33,444 nt of DNA from Callorhinchus milii (taxonomy: Eukaryota). This document shows positions 22,713 to 31,700 of this stretch, piece by piece; the first letter of the stretch is position 1; each line of letters opens with the position of its first letter. The DNA is taken from contig NW_024705581.1 in NCBI RefSeq assembly GCF_018977255.1, forward strand, positions 1 through 33,444, in the 5' to 3' direction. Position numbers and translations under genes: made by a program. The notes beneath the pieces were generated by a model. It saw nothing but the letters and a program-made list of their open reading frames with translations. It was not told the origin of the DNA and ran no database searches.

Positions 22713-25700
22713 GCTACCTGTCTGGCGTGGAGTCGGCAGTCATTGATGTAGTAACTGGAGATGGCCCTGGACGACCACAGGAGTTTGGAAAGGCCGGGCT
22801 GTATCTTCTTATCCAGGAAGCGGATTCGCTCTCGGAAGAGACCCCTCTGCTCCCGGGTCAGGTCGGAGAGAATCCTGAGACGATGCGAAACCCGATCAAT
22901 AATCGATAATCAATTGTGGAGTCAGTGGCGCCAGTGGAGCCTGGCGAGGGTTGGGGTAGGGAGTTTAATGTGTGTGATCGGGAGCCAGTGGAGTCTGGCG
23001 AGGGATGGGGTGACGGGGGGACGGGGTTTAGTGGGTGTGATAGGGAGCCAGTGGGGCCTGGCGAGGGTTGGGGTGACGGGGTTTAGTGGGTGCGATAGGG
23101 AGCCAGTGGGGGCTGGCGAGGGTTGGGGTGACGGGGGACAGGGTTTAGTGGGTGTGATAGGGAGTCAGTGGGGTCTGGCGAGGGCTGGGGTGATGGGGAT
23201 AGGGAGACAGGACCTGGGTTAAGATCTCACCCCAATCACTGAGCCTGGATCCCAGCTCCACTAACCTGTTGTAGTCTCGAACCACCAACAGGACACTCTC
23301 CCTGAGAGTCCGAAGGTCCTCCTTTCTCAGATAGGCGTCCATCACGTAATGGGGAATCTCAAAGCTCAGCCGCTCCCAGTAGTGAATTTCCTCAAATAAC
23401 GACAGCAAGAGCCTGGGGAAAGGCAGAGGCATTGTTAGCGCCCGGTCTCCCGTAGCGTAGTGGTTTGAGGTTCGATTCCCGGGCGGGTCAGTTCAGGTCG
23501 GGGCGAAACCTTAGGCAAGTTTCCTTACTCCACGTGTGCACACAGGCGCGCACACACGCACACACACACACGCGCGCGCGCGCGCGCCTCTGTTTACCCA
23601 GCAGTAAGTAGGAACCTGCTTGTCAGTCAATTGGCGGATCGCTTTCTGGGGGGTAATAATCCCTCCAAAGGAAACGATAAATAAAAAGAATTTAGTCACT
23701 CAATCTACGACTGTTTGTGGGTTGCGGCTGTGCGCAATTGGCTGGCACGTTTGACCCACAAAACGCACATGTACCCTGTGAAGCGCTTTGAGGGGTCCCT
23801 CAACATGTTGAGGCGCTATATCAAATGCAAGGATTATTATTATTATTATTAACATCGATTATTATGGTTTTTACACGTGGTTTTACGTGTCGAGAAGTTT
23901 AGGTGAACTTCGGTCCAATTTTGAGTCCCGCGGCGTAGTGGTTAGAGCGCTCGCCTCGCGAGCGAGATGGCGACCGGGGTTCGATTCCCGGGCGGGTCAG
24001 GTCACGACGAAACCTTAGGCTTTGTGAAACACTTTGAGACGTCCTCCCGACGCGAAAGGCTCTCTCAGGATGACTACCATTATGATGATGATGATGATGG
24101 TGGTGGTAACTCACGGGTCAAAGTTGACGTTGAGCATTCCTCGCACCTCAGAGGAACGGACCATTAGGGGGCGCTCCAGGCGTTTGACAGACTCCCTGTC
24201 CACCATCATGGTCCATTCGGTGAAGATTTTCCTCACAAATTCATCCAGCGTCTGCGTCAAGTGCTGGTAGACCACCATAGTCTCCAGGCTCAATCCAATG
24301 CGAGGCAGATAGTAGGCGCCTGATAGAGCCTGTCAAGGGAACAGTGTCAGACAACAACAACTTGCATTTACACAGCGTTCCCCCCCCCCTCCCTCACCGA
24401 AGGTGGAACGGATGGAGGGGACAAGGGACAAACAGGAGACCGGAGCCGGTCGAGCGGAGGTAGCGGGTAGTGGGGGAGAGGTAGAGAGGTGCGAGGGCCT
24501 GAAGGGATTTGAAAACGAGTGAGAGGATCTTGAAATCGATCCCCTCCAGTGGACAGAGTTCAAATCCACCATCCTCGCCTGGCCCACCCCACCATCAACG
24601 GTCAGGCCTTCAGCCTCTCCGCCCCCACCCTCTGGAACCCCATCCCACAGTCCCTTCCGCCTCGTTCCCTCACTCGCTTCCTTCAAGACACATCTCTCAA
24701 GACCCTCGTGTTCAGACACCCTCCTACCCCAACCCTCCCCGCCCTCCAGATCCCAACCATCGGCTCGGGTCCAAATCCTTGACTATCCAGCCCAGCGTCT
24801 TGGGACATCCTCCTGACATGAAAGGCAGGCGCTGTGTAAATGTCATTTGTTATTGTTGTTTCTCCCTCCTCTCTCTCCCCCTCCCTCCTCTCTCTTTCTT
24901 TCTCCTCTCATCCCTAACTCGCTCTCTCTCTCTCTCCATCAATTCACTTTACGGTGTGTCCCGTGAAGCGCTTTGAGACGTCTCAAAGACGCGATAAGAC
25001 GCTGCAAGGATTGTTATTATCTCTCTCTCTCTCTTCCTCCTTCCTCTCTTTCCCTCTCTCTCTCCCTCCCTCCCTCTCTCCCCCGCTCCTCCTCTGCGGG
25101 CTTCTAACCTCCATCGATCTGTCAATGCGGCGTCGGAGTGTGCGTGCCCAGTGACCCTGCCCGGCGAACAGTGGCATCTGCGGGGGCACGTCGAATTTCT
25201 TCCCGCTCAGCATCTTGTTGATGGTGCTCAGCTCCTCACTGAAAAGTGTGTAGACTTCCACCGTCTTCTTATCTGTCGTACGCTTGATGGCCTGGAACGG
25301 AAGGAGGTGGGGACAGGGAACTTAATGCACACCGTGCGGGAGCGAGCCTGGCTCAGGCCCTCGCTCGTGCTCTCGCTCTCTAGCCTCGGAGACGGGAGGG
25401 TGTGGGTTCAAGCCCCACCCTCGGAATCACATCCTCTAAAATATCCACACAGTCTGAGCTCGGGTGTCAGTCGATTGGGAGTAATAATCCCTCCAAAAAA
25501 ATAATAATGATAATATTGTGGTCGCTCAATCCACTCCATGTTCGTGGGGACGCTGCTGGGCACAATTGGCTGCCGCGTTTCACCCACGAAATACGGAGTC
25601 GCTACACTTTGCAGTATATCCTGTGAAGCGCTCTGAGACGTCGCGAAGACGAGATGAGGCGCCGTATCAAATGCAAGGATTGTCATAATTATTATTATTA

Positions 25701-28700
25701 TATATTTGAGCCATTGGCTAAACTGACACACATTCATCCTATTGCTAACGCATTTACACCGGATTGTTCACCCGTCACGAAATGATGGCTTTAAACCGAC
25801 GTTACAAACCAGCGTGAAGATTGACCTGATCTTCTTATTATACTTTTATTATTATTAGATTCTTGGTTTACTGTGAGGTGGGAACTCAGTACCTCACGGG
25901 CTGAAAGGTGCTGATACACGTCTAGGAACTCCAGCCCCTGCTCCACCGTGGTCACTGTTTCAAATGAAGCCGTGATCAGGTTCTGCATCATCATTTCCAG
26001 GTCCTTGACGTTCGACCGGAACCTGAGGAGACAAGAGCATCGTTGTGGAGTCCCTGTCACTCAGTGATCAGAGCGCTCGCCTCGCAAGTGAGAGACCCGG
26101 GTTCGATTCCCGGCGGGCAGGTCAAGTCGGGGAGAAACCTTAGGCAAGTTTCCTTACTTGACGAGGTGATACAGCGCTGTGTCAGATGCCAGGATTATTA
26201 TGAGTGGACTGCAACGACGAGGACAAGAGCAAATGACGCTCACGCGGTGTCACGCGCTGGACAGTCGGGTCCAAATTCCTGACCGTCCAGCACCTTGGGA
26301 CATCCTCCCGACGTAAAAGGTGGGCGCTGCGCAGATGTCATTTCGTACTGTATCGGCCTCGGTACAGACCTGTTGTAATCGTCATGCCAGGTTGTGTTGC
26401 TGACGTCAAGGATTTCGTTCTGAATGTCCTTCAGGAGCTGCAGGTTTTTATCGAACGTGGCTTCAATCTCCAGGAGGCTACGGGCTATCTCTGGCCCCCG
26501 GTATCCCCCGAAACACGGCAACACAGTCTTGTTGCCTTCCTGCCACCTGGAGAAGAACTCCTGGCAGTCGCACACCTGTGGGATAATAATAAATAATATA
26601 ATAATAATCAATAATGATCAATAATAATAATAAATAACAATCACGCAGAGCGCTCGACAGCGGCGGAGCATGACGCTGAGCCCCGTGGGAGGGAGGGGGA
26701 GGCCTTCGGGTGCGACCCGAAGATGGGGAAGGAAAGGGGACAAGGCGTAGGGGGAGCGTATAACGGAAGAGCGTTTCAGAGCTTCGGGGCGTAACCCCTG
26801 CTCTTGGGACGATCGTGACGTACCTCAAGCAAATCTCGGCAGCGCTGGATAAAAGCATCGACCTGCGCAAAGACATTTGTGTTGTCCAACACCCAGGGCT
26901 TGAAGAATCTGTACGAGAGAGATCGAGTTTTGCATAACATCTTAGCTTTCCCTCTCTCATTCCCTCCCTCCTTCCCACCCTCTTTCCATCCATCCCTCCA
27001 TCCCTCCCTGTTTCCGTGTCACCGGGCAATTCTTTTTTCTCTCTCTCTCTGTCTGTCAGACGCGGAAACCCGTCACCGTTGCTTAAGAGTCTCCAAACCC
27101 AACTGAGAATTCCTGGCCTCTTCCCGACACGTGGAAATTCCCAGAGGATAGATTATTGGAATGGAACGCGCTGTCTCTCTCTCTCTCCCTGGAGGGATGC
27201 CCCCACCTGCTTACCTAATTCCAGAGAGTATTAGGCGCAGGTTGGCAAGAGCCGAGGCTTGGGGTGGGGGGGGGGGTGGGCCCAGAGTTGTGCATGCGTT
27301 GTGGGTAACTGCTGGAGTCTAACCAGCTCAAACCACACATCGCTTGCTCATTGAGAGAGCGCAGTCCGTCCGGCAAGCCTTCCCGCTGCTTGTTCGGCTC
27401 GGACCGCCAGTTGAAAGCGAGGACACCTGCGTTCGCGCTCACTTTGTGTGCATGTTCGTGGCGAAGGCAAAGTGGTTCTTCCAGCTGATGCAGCAGTCGA
27501 TGCACTCGGTGAGGATTCTCTTGCTGGACACGATGTAACCTTCGAAGATGTTGTCCAGGGAGATGACCTTGCAGCACAGACCGATGATCTCGTTGCTGAC
27601 CTACGACGATCATAACAACAACAACAACAACAATGGTCAAAGCGCCACCAATTGCCCATGAAGTGGAGCAGCAATTCTAACTAGAATCCCATTGCTCAGG
27701 ACACTGGGGAAAGGGGCGCATGGGGGGGGAAGAGTCCTGTACCTTCAGTGGACAGAGCGCTCACCTCGCAAGCGAGAAGACCCGGGTTCAAATCACGGCA
27801 GGTCAGATGCGAAACTTTAGGCAAGTTTCCTTACTCCACGCACACGCCTCTGTTTACCTGGATTGGCGGATCACTTTTATGGGGGGAATAATTCGTCGAA
27901 AAATAATAACAACAATAATAATTTGGTCGCTTCAATCCACGGCTGTTTGTCGGGGACGTCGCTGGGCGCAATTGGCTGCCGCGTTTCGTCCATGAAATAC
28001 ACAGTGTATTCTGTGAAGCCCTTTTGAGACGCGACGTCTCAACGAGGTGACGGGCGCTGTCTCGAACGCAAGGATTATCATCAGGAGCATTACGAGTATT
28101 ACCTTGCGGAAGAAAGTGGTGATGCGTTCCCGGGTGTTGTAGAACTCCGAGTTGACCCAGATGATGCGGATGAGGCTGATGATGTGCGGGAGCTGGGCGG
28201 GGATATCACTGGGCCGGGAGCGGCAGAGTTTCTCGCAGGGTTCCTGGAGGATGGACAGGTAGATGAGGTTGGACTGGGCCTGCTGTCGGCCATCTTGGAT
28301 GTGCTTGGCCAGCTTGAGGAAGGGAGCCATGTAGGAAGACTTGGAGAGCTCCAGGATGGACTGGATGTGCTTGACCCCGGCTTTGTCCAGCTGGTACCCG
28401 ATCCCCGACAGGTCGATGCAGCGATTCCGCCAGAACTGGATCTCGTCCAACGGACCTGAACTCTCCCCGGCCTCCACGCTCTCCTGGGTGCTCAGCACGT
28501 CCTTGATCTGCCTGGTCCAGTGGATCACGGCCGCTGGAAGGTTCGCAACAAAATCGAACGCGTTAGTTTTACGCAGCAGGAGGACGGCCCAAGGCACTGG
28601 GATGGACAGTCAGGGATCAGCACCCGAGCTGGGGGTTGGGATCAGGTGCGGTGATGGCCAGGGAGGGTGGGGGTAATAGCAATCCTTGCTTTTGATACTG

Positions 28701-31700
28701 CGCCTTATCACGTCTTCAAGACATCCCAAAGCGCTTCACAGCATAGACTGTAAAGTCTAGTGACCGTGTATTTTGTGGGCGAAACGTGGCAGCCAATTGC
28801 GCTCAGCGACGTCCCCACAAACAGCCGTGGACTGAAGTGACCACTTTATTTTATTTATTACTCGTTTCTTTGTTAAGGGATTATCACCCCCGGAAAGGCG
28901 ATCCGCCAATCAGCTAACAACCGGGTTCCTGGTTACTGCTCGGTAAACAGAGGTGTGTTTACAGGTGAAATAAGGGTTGGGGGGGGGGTGGGCAGTGGAG
29001 GGGATTGGGAGGGAGGGGAAACAAGAGAAATGCGGATAAACAAAGCCACTCACTCTCAAGTCTCTGTACCAGTTCTTTGTCCTTCGACGCTTGGCTGGGC
29101 TCTAGGCTCAAGCCCTCCAGTGGGATGTAAAGCACAGTGTGGCCTTCGAGTCTGTATCGGGCATCTGTACGGGTCAACAACAAATCACACTTGTATACTC
29201 GGAAAGACGTCCCAGGGCACTGGATAGTCAGGGGGTTTTTGGGGTTGAGGGTGGCCGAAGGTACGGTTGAAGAGTCGGGTCTTTAGACGGGACTTGAAGG
29301 AGGCAAGAGAGGGGGTGAGGCGGAAAAATTGCGGGATAGAGCTCCAGGGGGCAGAGAGGCTGAAGGCCGGACCACCAATGGTGGGGTGGGCAGTGCTGGG
29401 GGACCTGAAGCAGGTCGGTGTCCTCAGAGCGGAGGGAGCGGACAGGCTGAAATGGGATTAGGAGGTCGGAGAGGTGGGGAGAGCAAGACCGTGGAGGACT
29501 TTGAAGGTGGACTCGATTCTCTGAGGGATGGGGAGCCAGTGAAGCCGGGCAAGAGCAAAAGTGCTTAACATAACATGTAGGAGCAAGTGTAAGCTATTCG
29601 GCCCTTCGAGCCTGCCCCGGCTGCCTCTGTATAACATCTCCAAGAGAGGTAGCCATTGCTGAGGTGAAGAGCACAGCGGGGTAAGACACAAGGGGGAGTG
29701 TTCACTGTCTAGCATCANTTTTTTGCATCCTAGTCTCTCAGCTGCGCAGATTATTAGAATCAATAATAAATACTAACAATAATCATAATGATTATTGCAT
29801 TTGGATACAGCGCCTTATCACATCTTCGAGATATCTCAAAGCGCTTCGCAGGAGACACTGTAAAGTGAATTGACTGTACGCTTTGTCGGAAAACGGGGCA
29901 CTAATTTGCACCCAGCGACGTCCCGCAAACAGCCGTGGATTGTGACCCCCTAAAACGATAATAATTGCTAACTCCTTTGCCTATTAAGCAGAATAATAAT
30001 AATTAAATAAAGCGCTTTGAGACGTCTCGCAGGTGTAATAAGACGCTATATCAAATGCGAGGATTACTATTATTATTATTATTATTGTAAACTTGCCCAC
30101 GGTTTTGCCCCGTCTTGACCCGTCCGGGAGTCAAACCCGGGGACTCTCGCTTGCAAGGCGAGCGGGCTAACCGCTACGCTACGGGAACTCCAGCTACATT
30201 GGAGGATGAGCCTGGACTGTGAGCTCGAAGGCCCTGACGTGGCTACCTGTGAGGCTGGCGAGGAACCTGTGTAAGTGAGCGGAGAAGTTGTTCTTGATGC
30301 TCTCTGGCCATTTGCGGTTCTCAAAGAACTGCGAGGCGTAAATGCCGGTCATGACACGCAGGAGGCTCTCGATGTGCTTTCCCCGGATGGTCCCGAACTG
30401 GACGATACGCTCAAACTCATCCAAATGGATCTCCGCGTTCTCCTTCCGGATAAAGTAGGTGAGATAATCGGTGGCCTGCAGAACACACAGAGAGAGGGAG
30501 AGAGAGAGAGAGAGAGAAAGAGGGGTGGGGGAGAGGTGGTCAGTCCATGAGCAAGAGAAAGCAAGCAACAACAATAATAATAATCCTTGCATTTGATACA
30601 GCGCCTTATCACGTCTTCGAGGCGTCTCAAAAAATATACTGTAAAGTGTAGTGACTGTAGATTTTGTGGGAGAAACACGGCAGCCAATTTCGAACAGCAG
30701 TGGAGTGAGTGACCAAATTACTTTATTATATTTTGAAGGAATTATCACCCCCGGAAAATCGCTCTGCCAATCGACTAACAGCCGGGTTCCTACAACAATA
30801 AATGACATTTACACAGTGGCTTTCACGTCGGGAGGACGTCCCAGGGCGCTGGACAATCAAGGATTTGGATCTGAGCTGGGGGTTATAATAATAATCTTTG
30901 CATATAGCGCTTTTCACGTCTTCTAGACGCTTCAAAGCGCTTCACAGAATATACTGTAAAGTGAATTGACTGTATATTTGTGGGCGAAACGCGGCAGCCA
31001 ATTGTACACAGCAGCGTCCTACAAGCAGTCGTGGATTTAAGTGACCAATTTTTTGTTGTGTATTCTTTTTTGAAGGTTGGGATCAGGAGGGGTGGAGGGC
31101 AGGGGGTTTGGGGGTAGGAGGGTGACCGAAGGCGTGGTCAAAGAGGTTTGAGGTGTGCCTTGTAGGAGGGGGCAAAGCCAATGGAGGGCTTTGAAAGCGA
31201 AGATGAAGATTTGGACCTCTATTCTCTGGGGGATGGGGAGCCAGTGGAGCCGGGCGAGGGCGGGTATGATAGTGACCCAGCAAAGCGCAGTGTTGTAGCC
31301 AGGACAGACAGAGCCTTACCTGTGTAGGAGTGCCAATTATCACCTGCAAGCCGGAGTACGTATCCATGAAGACACAGAGAACTCGATGATTAACGTCCTG
31401 GATGAAATCTTCTAGGATTTCGTCATGTTCATCGGTCCACATCTCCGGTGTCAGACCGATCAGAATCACTCTGTTTTTGAACTGCAGCTTCTGAAAGCGG
31501 GCCTCAAGTTACAACCAACAACAGCAGCACGTGGCAGGAGGACGTCCCAAGGCGCTGGACAGTCAAGGATTTGGACCCGAGCTGGGGGTTGGGATCAGGA
31601 GGAGGTGGAGGGCGGGGAGGGTGGGGTAGGAGGGTGACCGAAGGCAAATAGTTGGTCAAAGAGTAGCGTCTTGAAGGAGGGCAAGGGAGGGGACGAGTGA

